Assembly: GCA_026770705.1 (NCBI GenBank)
Contig: JANJGN010000008.1
Span: 152,086,001 to 152,150,000, forward strand
DNA: 64,000 nt
Source of the DNA: Isurus oxyrinchus
Taxonomy: Eukaryota
Reading direction: 5' to 3'
Shown: positions 1-11,990 of the stretch, piece by piece
Layout: the number at the start of each line of letters is the position of its first letter
Numbering within the stretch: position 1 is the stretch's first letter
The notes under the pieces: generated by a model
The model's database searches: none
What the model was told of the DNA's origin: nothing
Seen by the model: only the letters and a program-made list of their open reading frames with translations
Made by a program: the position numbers and the translations under genes

Positions 1-100
1 GGCATCCTAACTTCCTGTCAATCTCCTGCCTTTCCCCCGTAACCCTCCCTGCATTGTTTCTCTTTCAATAATCATCCAATGCCCTCTGGAGCCTGCCTCC
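1..100 (-). mobile_element. CR1-like LINE 3' fragment
   Basis: Resembles the reverse complement of the CR1 tails elsewhere in the window (cctgcctttccccc...atccaatgccctct; compare 11840-11900). Confidence 0.45.
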
Positions 101-2758
101 GCCCCACGGAGCAAGAGGCAGGGGAGACCTTGGATGCTGGTTTAACGAAATCTGTCGAATTGGTCTGATTGGACTTTCGATGTAAAATCCCAAATCGCGT
201 GAAGTTTCCGAAAATTAACATTTTCAGATCCGTGGAACTGGTCAGGGTGTCCGGACTGTTGGCGGAAGGTCCCTGGGTTCTGGTCAGAGTTTCTGTTTTT
301 CCATTTAAGTTGGTCTCGGTGAGACAAAACGATATGACATTGGGATTCCCCCCGCCCATCAGAATTTCCAACCAGATTCCATTCTCTATGAATGCTCCAA
401 AAGTAATTTGTTCTTTCATTACCATATCCGGTTACATGAATTCCTTTATGTTTACCCAGATGAATCTAAACTAGTCTTTCTGCAGCTACAGTGGCTGCCG
501 GGCTCGCTCGCAATTGGACTTGACAATAAGCGACTGAACCGTGAAAAGCCGCTACGCAAACTCACATTCGTTCCTTGGATAACTATTTTTTTAAAAAAAC
601 ACCTCTTCTTCTTTGATTGAGCCAGTGAGAACCGTGTATTTTACTTTAAAAACAAAACATTAAACGCAGCCAGTCGTGCTGCTGGGATAGCGGGTGGTCT
701 CTATTTTAGCAGAAGGGTCATTCGATCTCTCCAAGACTGTGTGACCAACCCGCTCTCTGACAACCGGCCTAACATGAACTTTAAAATCATTCAGGTAAAA
801 GCCGTTTTGTAATCGACTTATTCCGCCCCAGAAAGTTTGAACTGTAATCACTCTATTCTGGGAAAGTGCAGGCGGCAAAACTGATGTGAATCTAAAACTC
901 TCAACGAATGATTGAGACTCCACAAATGAAACAACACGAATCTAGTCCCCTGGGCGAGAGGATAGTCTGTTCGGGAGGTCAGCCTTTGGCCATGTGTCCA
1001 ATGGGAGTCAACAAACAGGGTTGCTGTTGCAAGTGTGTTTAAACGGCACATTTTCAGAACAAGCCGCATCGCCGTTAAACTCCTGCTTTGACAGTCCCTT
1101 TTTGCCTTTTAAGATCGTTCTGTAATTTTTAAATCGCCGATGACAAAAGGAGTCAAGAGTGAGGTCAGCTACCGAACGCACATTGCCTCACAAATTAAGA
1201 TACACATCGAAAACCCCGACAATGACGCGAACACGGACGGGGACACACACAAATCACACACTCTCTCTCACACACAATATATATACACACACATTAAAAA
1301 ATGTATACAATCACACACACAATATGTACAAACACAATAAATACGTACAATCACACACTGTATATACAATCACACACAATATGTACAATCACATATGCAT
1401 GCAATATATACAATCACAAACACACACAATATATACCACCACACACACACACTATATATACAACCACACACACTATATATACAACCACACACACAGACAA
1501 TATATACAATCACACAGACAAAATATATAAAATCGCGCACAATATATACAATCACACAGAAACACACACGAAGACACAGTATGTACAATCACACACACAG
1601 ACACAATCTAGACAATCACAAATACACAATATATATGATCACACACCAACACAATATATGCAATCACACAGACAATATATGCAATCACACAGAAACACAA
1701 TATATACAATCATACACACACAATATGTACAATTACACACACAGACACAATATATACAATCACACTAACTGACACAATATATACAATCACACCAACACAA
1801 TATATACAATCACACACAAACACGCAACATATACAATCATACACAAGCACAACATATACAAGTACACAGAATACAGGGACAAAATAAATACAATCACACA
1901 AACACATAGACACAATATATATAATCACAACATGCACACAATATATATGATCACACACAGGCAAAATAAATACAATCACACACACAGACAATATATACAA
2001 TCTCATATGCACACATATACAAAATATATATACACAGTCACACACATAGACAAAAACATATGCAATCACACAAAATACATACAATCCCACACACAGAAAC
2101 ACACACAAAGACACAATATGTACAATCACACATATAGACACAGGCACAATATAAACAATCAAACCCACAGACACAATCTATGTAAACACACACACAAAAT
2201 ATATACAATCACACACAATACATACAATAAAACACACAGAAACATGCACAAAGACACAATATATACAATCACAGACACAATCTAATCAATCACACACACA
2301 ATATATACAATCACACACACAGATAGACACAATATATACAATCACACATAATATATACAATCACACACAGACACAATATATAAAATCACACACACAATAT
2401 TTGCAATCACACACAGAGACACAATATATACAATCATGCAATATGTACAATTACACACACAGGCACAATATATACAATCATACACAATATATACAATCAC
2501 ACACACATAAACATGCACAAAGACACAATATGTACAATCACACACACAATATATATACAATCACACACACAATATACACAATCACAGACAAAATAAATAC
2601 AATCACACACAATATATATACAGTCATGCAATTATATACAATTACACACAGACAAAATATATACAATCATACACACACTACATACAATCACGCAGCTAAA
2701 ATATGTACAAACACATACACAATATGTACAATCACACACAGACACAATATATACAATC

Positions 2759-3139
2759 TGCACAGTAGCAGCAGTATGTACTACCTACAAGATGCACTGC
2801 TGTAATTCACCAAGTCTCCTTCAACGGCACTTTCCAAACCCACAACCACTACCATCTAGAAGGACAAAGGCAACAGGTAGATGGGAACACCACCACCTGG
2901 AAGTTCCCCTCCAAGTCACTCACCATCCTGACTTGGAAATATATTGCCGTTCTTTCACTGTCTCTGAGTCAAAATCCTGGAACTCCCTTCCTAAAAGCAC
3001 TGTGGGTGTGCCCATAACACATGGACTGCAGTGGTTCAAGAAGGCAGCTCACCACCACCTTCTCAGGGGCAACTAGGGATGGGCAATAAATGCTGGCCCA
3101 GCCAGCGAAGCCCAGGTCCCATGAATGAATAAAAAGAAA
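2759..3139 (+). mobile_element. CR1/L2-group LINE 3' end (same family as 15285-16795)
   Basis: Colinear with 16415-16795. Ends in gggcaataaatgctggccc...atgaatgaataaaaa. Confidence 0.85.
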
Positions 3140-3446
3140 GACACAATATATATAATCACACACACAGACACAATACATACAATCACACACACACACAAAT
3201 ATACAATCACACACACAATATATGCAATCACACACAATATATATACAATTGCACACATAGACACAAATACAGACAAAATATGTACAAATACACACAGATA
3301 CAATATATACAATCACATACACACAATATGTACCATCACACAAAATATATATGATCACACAGACAATATAAATACAACCAGACACACATAATATATACAA
3401 TCACACACACAAGCACAATATGTACAAACACACAAACAGACACAAT

Positions 3447-4081
3447 GGGTAGAATTTTGCCCTTGTCGGCCGGGCTCAGAAGAGGTGGGCGGGAGCAGTC
3501 AGGATTGGGGTTGGACCGCCATTTCACGCTGGCGGGTCAATTGAGGCCTGCCCAGTGTGCAACGTGAGCAGCAGCACTCAGCACTGCCTGTGTGGGTGGG
3601 GGAGGAGGGCGAGCGGGGAACTTCACGCATACGCACAAGTGTGTGCTTGAAAATCTCCTTGGGAAATAAATATTTAAAAATGTTATAAAACATGGCCCCT
3701 CATGTGACTCTGTCACATGAGGAGGGACATGTTATAAATGAAATTTTTAAAAAATTATTTTATTTTTATTTAATATTGGAAACCTCATCCCACCCGTGGA
3801 TGAGGTTTCCAAAAAAATGCAAAGGCCGCTTGGCCTTTTCATCTGCCTGCCAATCATAAGGTTGGACGGGAAGTGAAATATTTAAATTAATTAATACTTT
3901 AGTAGCTCAATAGGCCGTCTAATTGTTGGCAGGCGTGCTGCCGATTCCCACGTGCATCTGCCAACTGAACTATTGTGCGACTGTGCGTTGATGTCGGGAT
4001 GCTCGCCTGACGTCATTGTGCTTCATTTCATGCTTGAGTGGGTCAGGCGCATGCCCGCTGGCTTAGGTGAAAATTCTGCCC
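3447..4081 (+). mobile_element. PIF/Harbinger-type MITE (family A ends)
   Basis: TIRs GGGTAGAATTTT / AAAATTCTGCCC, flanks aat / agt. Both subterminal regions resemble the ends of 8392-10964. Confidence 0.85.
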
Positions 4082-5639
4082 AGTATGTACAATCACACAC
4101 ACACAATATATACAATCACACACACATACATGGACAAAATAAATACCATCACACACACACACAAAATAATTACAATCACACACACACAATATATACAATC
4201 ACACACACATACACGGACAAAATAAATACCATCACACACACAGACAAAATAATTACAATCACACACACACAATATATACAATCATACACACATACACGGA
4301 CAAAATAAATACAATCACACACAGACAAAATAATTACAATCACACACACACAATATATACAATCACACACACAGACAAAATAATTACAATCACACACACA
4401 CAATATATACAATCACACACACAGACAAAATAATTACAATCACACACACACACACACACAGCCACAATATATACAATCAGACACAATATATACAACCAGG
4501 CACACACCCAATATGTACGATCGCGTCCACAAACACAATATATACAACCACCCACACACACAGGACAGTGTAAGAAAAATGCGACACACAGACTGGGGGA
4601 GTTGTACACAGGCTGGGGGAGGTGCAGCCAAGCAGTTTCAAAGCTTTCCACCTGGAAGTGGGCAAATGGAAATTAGAGCCTTGACTGCAGTTAAAAATCC
4701 ATTAGTTGTGAAGCGCTTTGAGATCCCAGGGTCATGAAAGCTGCTATATAACTGTTTTCTTCTTGTTATTTTTAGCATGCACAAACGGATACAGAAACGA
4801 ATACGGAGTGGGTGGGGAAGTGTGTTGACTGGGGGAGAGAGACAGGTTGTCAAACCCTACGTACACATGTCACTCCTCCAAGCAATTGTTTATGGTATTT
4901 AAGTTTATTTCAGTTGCATTGCAAGCACTACTCTTTTATTCAAGATCCCAGTTAGTTACTGAGGGCTTGCAAAAACGTGATTGACAACGGGGAGAAAAGT
5001 CAGCTGGCAAATCGCAGCGTACCCATTTTCAGTGTATCCGCAAATACACAAACAAATTCACCTCCCTCACATTCCAACACTATCATGGAATAAACACTCA
5101 CACCGATGTATACTGGCATAACCAGGAAGTTACGCACTACATAAATACAGAGACACAAACATGCTTTTAGGTAGGTCCACATACACAAAGACACCAACAT
5201 CACCACAGCAACTCCACATACGCACGCACACACACATACACACATATAGACAGGTTTGTAGACACTGTTAGCAAATGACCAAAAAAAAAGCATGAGGAAT
5301 ATTGAAATTATCTCTTCTAAGAAAGGATGTATTTGGAAAAACTGAACGAATGTTTATATCTGGGGTGTTTTTGTTTAAGATCAATCGCATCCTGATGCAT
5401 TTTCCTGTTTTCGTTGACTGATGTTTCAAGCCTGAGGTGCACTGTCTTACTCCACTGACCTGTTACACCCCTGTGTGGGATCTTTATCATCACATTATCC
5501 TAAATTCCAAATTCCATTAAAGCAAACCTGCTTTGGCGGGGATTGACTGTGTGTGCTTTTAGCCTGCATTGTTAATAATCACTGAGAGGCTCTCGAAATA
5601 GGGACACATAGGCATGTACCTCAAACAACGAAAATACAG

Positions 5640-6530
5640 CGAGAGTCAGAGGGAGAACAGCTAACAAATAAAGACGCGATTGGTGAAGGTTTGCTGGTTG
5701 GTAACAGTTGAATTAATCGCAAGGTGTGAAGGAGAAACTGAGATTATTTCCAGATGTGTATTGCATCGATTAGACTCCGAGTTAATACGTAGCGTTTTTA
5801 CAGTTTGAAGCATTCATTACGGACCCATTTACACCTCCTTAGTCACATAGTATCCCACTCCTCCAAACCCCAGCTCCTCTCTACATCTCATTGCCTGCAA
5901 CCCCTGCTACCAAATCTCTAAAATGACAACTCTGGTCTTCTCAGCTCATCCTTAACCGGAAACATTTGAATATTTGTATTAGGAGACTTGATTTTTTAGT
6001 TTATTATTGATTAGAAACAGCCCGCCTGCAAAATCGGTCTGAATATCAAAAATCCTTCTGTAAGATTTCACCAGTATTTCGTTTAATTGTTTGAACACAG
6101 AATCATTTCTATTATCGTTACAAATAGTAGCATTTATTTCAATAACCTCGGACGCAATGCACGTCTTAGACTACAACAGTCGAAAACATAGTCGAAGTGC
6201 TGAGGCCGGGCTTGGCGCTGCACAAATTCAAACGCTCTCCTTCATTCCAACGCGTTCTATTTCTTTCCCAGCCTCTCTTATTTCTTCTTCCTTTTCCTAC
6301 TTGAAGGAATTTCCAGCGTCGTGTTTGAAATGCCCCTCGCCCAGGTTTGCGCCGAGTTGTGCGGTGAGGAGTCCGAGTTTGAACGTGCAACCGAACGCCG
6401 CGGGTTTGGGTCGATGGTTATTTGTGTTGCCCTTTGCAACGAGGCGGCTGTTAGGATACGGACGCCGATCGCAGGGAGCCATGCCCGGCACGTGTCCAGC
6501 CCATCACTCTACAGTGTTTTAATGTTGGTA
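5640..6530. promoter_or_regulatory. CpG-enriched unique region, candidate promoter / CpG island
   Basis: Visibly more CpG than the surrounding DNA, densest at 6150-6500, and free of recognisable repeats. Not quantified. Confidence 0.5.
6307..6527 (+). other. Candidate exon of the host gene (5' UTR or coding from ATG 6330)
   Basis: A pyrimidine tract ttcttcttccttttcctacttgaag ends at 6306 and a consensus donor TTG|gtaagt follows 6527. The frame from ATG 6330 is open to the donor (phase 0). Confidence 0.5.
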
Positions 6531-6689
6531 AGTTTCCTTGAAATTCCTGCCTTTTATTTTTTTGCAGCTCCCCTATAAGGGGCTGCCTTTATTTTGTCCC
6601 TAATTGTGTTAATTTGGTTTATTTTGGTCGATTCAAAAGAGCTAAAAGAAAGGGAGAGTGGGTCGCCAGAGCTGATTTCCTCAGGGATG

Positions 6690-6808
6690 GGCTGGAGGAG
6701 CAGGAGGAGGAGGAGGAGGAGGGGGTGACAGTCCCAAAGAGGAGGGCAGTGGAGGCTGGAACTATCAAGCCCCTGCTGCTGCTGCTGCTGCTGTTGATGA
6801 TGATGATT
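6690..6808. repeat. Clustered trinucleotide repeats (GAG)n, (CTG)7, (GAT)4
   Basis: Seen directly at 6694-6721, 6773-6793 and 6796-6807. Confidence 0.9.
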
Positions 6809-6988
6809 AGAATGAATATGCAGAAAAGATCATCTGCATTGCATTTCAGAAATTAAAGACGCTCTTATGGCGGATCTGATTAAGGGGAAATAGCCCTGAT
6901 GGAGTTACTTTACTGGTAGGGGTCCAGGAGGAAGAGAGGTGTCATGTGTTAATGCCACCACACATGTAAATGACCCTGCGATTGGCAC

Positions 6989-7026
6989 GGAAACAGAAAA
7001 CGCTGGAAAAACTCAGCAGGTCTGCT
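6989..7026 (-). mobile_element. 38-bp Penelope-like 3' tip insertion with 13-bp TSD
   Basis: The insert is close to the reverse complement of 35020-35055. It is flanked by ctgcgattggcac (6976-6988) and ctgtgattggcac (7027-7039). Confidence 0.75.
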
Positions 7027-7054
7027 CTGTGATTGGCACCGTGTGTTTACAGGG

Positions 7055-7730
7055 AACATAGGACCATAGGAGTAGGCCTTTCGGCCCGTTGAACCTGTTC
7101 TGCCATGCCTGCCGCTACACCATGTCCCGCCACTATCCTCATATCCCTTGATGTCATTAGTATCCAGAAATCTGGAAAGATCCTGAGGGGTCTTGACAGG
7201 GTGGATGTGGAAAGGGTGTTTCCTCTTGTGGGAGAGACAGAGGTGAGGAGAAATTTTTTCTCTCAGAGGGTCCTGAGTCTTTGGAACTTTTTTCCTCAAA
7301 AGGCGGTGGAAGCAGATTTTTTTTGGATATTTATAAAGCAGAGCCAGATAAGTTCATGCCAAACAAGGGGGGGTGAAAGGTTATCGAGGGTAGGCAGGAA
7401 TGCGGGGCTGAGGTTACAATCAGACCAGCCATGATCATATTGAATGGTAGAGCAGGCTCGAGGGGCCAAATGGCTTACTCCAGCTCCTAATTCATATGTT
7501 TGTTTGTAAATCTATCAATTTCTGTTTTGAACATGCTCAATGATTGATCTTCCGCAGCCCTCTGGGGTGGAGAATTCCAAAGGTTCACTTCCATCTGAGT
7601 GAAGAAGTCCCTTCTCATCTCAGTATTAAATGGCCTACTCCTTATTCTGAGACTGTGCCTTTTGGCTCCAGACACCCACCACCAGCAGGGGAAACAGCTG
7701 ATCCACATCAGCCCTGTCGAGCCCTGTAAA
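7055..7730. mobile_element. Nested CR1 fragments: + strand piece (7174-7507) inside a - strand piece
   Basis: CR1 ORF2 C-terminal peptides on both strands (KILRGLDRVDVERVFPLVGE; RRDFFTQMEVNLWNS). aaatct is duplicated at 7168-7173 and 7508-7513. Confidence 0.8.
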
Positions 7731-8129
7731 AATGTTGCAAGTTCCAATGAGATCATCTCATGGTGTTTGGGGGGAAAAGAAATCTATTTCACTGAAGTCG
7801 GCTCCCACCAATTTGACCTTTACAGAGCGCGAGAAGACTCTGCTCCTGAAGTCAGCCCATGGGGTAAAATATATGAGGTCTCATTTTAAAACATCCTTCG
7901 ACTATTACTGTAACAGAGTTTTAAATTTACTTCTTAGTGTTAATATCTTTGCTAAAGCCACATCATTTAAGTATTTGTACACAATTGCCCCCACAAGATA
8001 AACATTCTTAATACAGTGTGTCTATCTTTGTAACATCCTTTTCCTGTCGATATAAACCACAAAAAGAATCTCCCAGTCCTGTGCACAGTGCTGTCCCTAT
8101 TGCAACAACACATGAATCAATATAGCATC

Positions 8130-8391
8130 AGTAACTTAGTAAAACTTCCCAAGAATCTTCACAGAAATAATCATCAACCAAAATTTGACACTAGCCACAT
8201 AAGGAGATACTAGGACAGATGACCAAAGGCTTGATTAAAGTGGTAGGTTATACGGAGAAAGTTAAAGGAGGAAAGGGAGGAAATTCCAGAGCTCAGGACC
8301 CAGGCAGCTGATGAATTGGCTGTAAACAGTGGAGTGAAGTAAATTGGGGATGTCCAAGGGGCCAGAAATCGAGGAGCACAGAGATCTCTAA
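8130..8391 (-). mobile_element. L2-like LINE 3' fragment, split by the Harbinger and resuming at 10965-11000
   Basis: Matches the reverse complement of the L2-like tail at 14640-14900 and the copy at 25400-25650. Confidence 0.6.
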
Positions 8392-8651
8392 GGGCAGAAT
8401 TTTGAGGTTGGCGGGTGGGCATGGTTGGTGGGTCCAGGAATGGTTGGGAAACAGGCTGCCACCCGCGATCGGGCCCCGATCGCAATTTCATGCTGCTGGG
8501 CCAAGTAAGGCCCGACCAGGGTGAAACGTGGCTTCTCACTGCTCGGGAAGGGCCCAGCCCAATGGTGACCTGGCAGCCAGTTTGAAAACGGCACAGGCAG
8601 TCCCTGGAAGGCTCTGCCCTGGAAGAACATCTGCTCTGTGTTAGCAATGTG

Positions 8652-9675
8652 ATGGAGTTGAGTGCGGCTGGAGATGCCAGGTGAGAGGGCAGGTCAGGTG
8701 GGCACTCGGCCCTCTGCTTTTTGGATGAGTCCCTTGCGGTCCTCCTGGAGTAGGTGGCTGCCAGGAGGCACACCCTTGTCCCCAGAGATGGGAGGAGGAG
8801 GCCACCCCACCTCACAAAGAGGGCATCAGAGGAGGTTGCAGCACTGGTTAGCAGCTATGACGTGGTGCGGCACATATGGGTGCAGTGCCGGAAGAGGCTA
8901 AATGACCTGCAGCACTCAGGAAGGGTGAGTACTGTGTTGACACGGGTCAGTGTACAGAAGTCTCAAGTTCTGGCCTTCCCCCCTTGGATCTCAGGGGTGC
9001 TAGAATCTGAGTGCCAACTGTCAGTGACACTGGAGCTGGCCAAAGGGGATGAGCCCTGGCTGCTTGGACTGAGTGCCTTGCGGCTCGAGGACCATGACTG
9101 GATGTGCCCTGCGAGGTGCTCCACAGCTGGGGCTGGCCAGGTTACAATGGCGCTGCAGGTACAGAGCGGACTAATCAATGCTCCTCTGTCCTTTCAGGAG
9201 AATACAAGCCATAACCAATTGGAGAGGTCGTGGACAGGCAGAGGCCCACCCAACCTGCTGCTGCTCACCAGGTATGAGCAGGATGCCCTGGAGCTGGAGA
9301 GCCAGCACGCTCCACATGCAACTGGGTGTGGAGAGGTGGGGGTGCCAGACAAAGGCGAGACTGCAGTGCACAGAGGTGAGAGTTTCGGATTGTGCAACCA
9401 TTCTAGTGTAGTCTCTTCATTAATGGGAGCCTCAAACCTGGAGTCCCCATTGACCATTGAAAGATGATGGCACCATGATGCAGATCTCCATTGTCTCATC
9501 AGGGTGCCTGACATGCACGGAGACAGTGTAATGACTTTAACTAATGGCATGTCCTTGTTCTCCCCTAGATTTGCCAGCCTGCAGTTGTTCTCTGGGCCCT
9601 GAAGGGCCACCCCTGACGCTGGAGGACCACCGGGCTTCACTTGCACCTGCATCACACCCGCTCTCTGAACCTGGC
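8652..9675 (+). pseudogene. Harbinger Myb/SANT-like DNA-binding protein, spliced and decayed (exons ~8652-8924, 9198-9354, 9569-~9675)
   Basis: EEVAALVSS..VVRHIWVQCRKRLNDL ends at donor AGG|gtgagt. Acceptor ctttcag precedes ENTSHNQLERSWTGRGPP..LTRYEQ. Two in-frame stops in exon 1. Confidence 0.8.
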
Positions 9676-9677
9676 AC

Positions 9678-10469
9678 TCAGCAGCCATCTATACAGCCGG
9701 GCTGGAGCACTGAAGATTTTCAACATCTGGGAGTGTCTCAGGATTTAAGCATCATAGGAGCTGCCAGGTTACCTTGCACAGACTTGCAGAATCTGCATCC
9801 TGTGGTCACACACTATCTGCACGTTCATGGAGTGGAATCCATTCCACTTGATACAGGCACCCAGCTCACCCACTGGCACCTTGAGGGCCACAAGTGCTGT
9901 TGATGGCACCCTAGACAAGGAGGAACCCAACAATCATGGCAAAGCCTCTGGCTCACTCAACCTGGCTGGCCTCGTCCATATGATAAAGAATAAAGGTCAG
10001 TACCCACCTGAACAGAGCTTCTGTCACCAGCTTGACCAAACTGTGGACAACTGATTGGGGGACTCCACACAGATCCCCCACTGACCCCTGGGAAGAGCCG
10101 GAAGCATAGAAGTTGAGGGCCACTGACCTTCAGAGCCACTGGCATGGGGTGTCCACCCACACAGTCGGAGCTGATCTCAGGCCCAATCATCTGACAAATG
10201 GAGGTTATGGTCTCCTTTGAGAGGCAGAGCACCTCAGGCTTATTAAGGTAGCTGCATCGTTGTCTATAAACCTTGGCAGCAGGATAGTGGTGTCTTCTGT
10301 GGCCCCTTCAACCTTGGACTTCCTGTTAGCCCTGTGCCCCTTGTGCCTGTGCCTCTCCTCCCACAGGTCCCTCCCCTGGAAGCTGCACTGGGACACCCAG
10401 CCTCCCCTCCCTTCTGCCCCTCTCTTCCTCCTCAGAGGAGGTGCCACCAGTGGAGACCACAATCCCCAT
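9678..10469 (-). pseudogene. Harbinger transposase (HARBI1-like DDE nuclease) relic, C-terminus deleted
   Basis: The - strand reads LSKETITSICQMI..GGHPMPVALKV, then after frameshifts ALNFYASGSFQG..GDLCG and GFHSMNVQIVCDH..ILQVCAR*PGSSYDA. Multiple stops. Confidence 0.85.
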
Positions 10470-11764
10470 TACCAGGGTAAGGGAAGGCTGTTTGATAATA
10501 GAAGGGTCCACACAGTCTGAATCCTCCGGCGGCCTTGGAAACACCAATAAGTCCTAAAATGAAGCCTGGAAATACTAAGAATGAAGCTCCGAACAGAGAT
10601 GAAGCAGCCAATTATCAATAAGATACCAGCAGCAAACTATCTCCAAAACTCCTCACTACTCACACTGGAAGTGCTGCTGACCCTTTAAATCCTGCCCTTG
10701 GAAGAGGCTTGTGAAAATGTCGGCTACCCGCCTGCCCGTTTTGCCTGTGCGATGAGCTCGAAATTGCACAAGCAATGTACTATACAGCTTAATTGCCTTT
10801 TTAATGGTCTTAACTGGCCTCGTAATCGTGGGCGTGGCTCTGACTCCTGCTCGGGCCCATGCACCAAAATATCGCTGAGTGTGTGATGACGTTGGGACGC
10901 TCGTCCTATTTTACGCTTGAGTAAGTCGGGCACGCGCTCGCTTGTTCAGAGCGAAATTCTGCCCTAAGAGGAATTTGAAAACAAGGAGAATTTTAAAATC
11001 ATGACTATGTACAGATGTTGGTCAGCTGTGAGAGGTAAACACCTCACAGCGTCAATTCATGGTTCACCTGCGGTTCTAAAGAACAGAAAATTGATCATGG
11101 ATTGCTATAATCACCTGATGCCAACCTGCCATTTTCTGCAATAAAAGAAACCCTGGAGTAGCAAGAATGTGTTTGACTGGTTAATATAATTTAATATATG
11201 ATCCAAGCAGATATTGTGTAAAGCGGTGGATTATAATTGATCAGGAATTTCATCACAGTTGAAATCTGAAGGAAACTCTTCAGCAGGACTCGTTCAATAA
11301 TACTTTCACCTTTAGGATGTGGATTTGAATGCAGCCCAAATGAAATGAAAATCTTCTATGGCTGCAAACTCCTAGTCATTAGATTAATTTGATCACTATC
11401 ACCCCTGGTCCTCGTATGTGTGAACTTTCAGCTATGTTTAATTTGGCATAGCATTATTAATCTCATTTGGATAAATCCCAAGCTTGGCTGGTGTGAGAAA
11501 TGTCAAATATCAGTAGATCTGTATTCCTCATTTCAATATCTTCTCTGTTCCCCACACCCCTCCCTTTTGCTTTGGGTAGTCCTGGCTCTGTCTATGGCCA
11601 GTGCTGCTGAATGATCACTGCTAAAATAATCACCCATTTTCTCTCTCTCTCTAGCTCTCTCTCTCTCTCGCTCACTTGTTGATCTAACTTCTGTGCCTTT
11701 CCTGCTTTTTCATAGATATTTCTAGATTTTGTTCGTTTTTTTGCCATTTATTGTCTTGGTTAAT

Positions 11765-11990
11765 CTCATAGAATCTCATAGAATCATAGAATTGGTTCCC
11801 ATTGGTTCTCTGCAAGAGCGACTCAGCTAGTTCCACTCCCCTGCCTTTTCTCCATCACCTGGCAATTTTTTTTTCCAAATCTATGATTCAATTCCCTTTT
11901 GAAAGCCATGGCTGAGTCTGTCTTCATCGCTAGCTCAGGGAGTGCATTCCAGATCCTAACAACTTGCTGTGTAAAAAGGTTTCTCCTCAA
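11765..11990 (-). mobile_element. CR1 LINE 3' tail
   Basis: Starts with catagaat repeats, the usual CR1 tail read in reverse, followed by agtgcattccagatcctaac. Confidence 0.65.

Larger units (their letters stand above)
1245..4560. repeat. Degenerate CA-rich minisatellite (core ~CACACAATATATACAATCA), interrupted by a LINE tail and a MITE
   Basis: The core motif recurs directly in the sequence dozens of times. It explains all His/Thr/Tyr-rich and Cys/Val/Ile-rich ORFs here. Confidence 0.95.
8392..10964. mobile_element. PIF/Harbinger DNA transposon, family A, internally deleted
   Basis: Perfect 11-bp TIRs GGGCAGAATTT (8392-8402) / AAATTCTGCCC (10954-10964) and TAA TSD (8389-8391, 10965-10967). 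Contains convergent Myb/SANT-like and transposase relics. Confidence 0.92.

Noticed and set aside
100-1240. CpG-rich stretch with a possible donor CAG|gtaaaa at 794
   Set aside because: Could be part of a promoter or first exon, but the donor is weak and the ORFs have no recognisable motifs. Not supportable as a feature.
1140-4665. Many overlapping His/Thr/Tyr/Gln-rich and Cys/Val/Ile-rich ORFs, and a superficial repeat-spacer look
   Set aside because: They are translations of a minisatellite. The units are degenerate and adjacent with no unique spacers, so this is not a CRISPR array.
6614-6856. ORF with poly-E, poly-L and poly-M runs resembling a membrane protein
   Set aside because: The runs are triplet repeats, the start is non-ATG, and there is no other coding signal.
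8754-9467. 237-aa ORF as a single-exon protein
   Set aside because: It reads through the intron of the Myb/SANT relic (8925-9197 happens to be 273 nt with no stop). Upstream codons contain stops.
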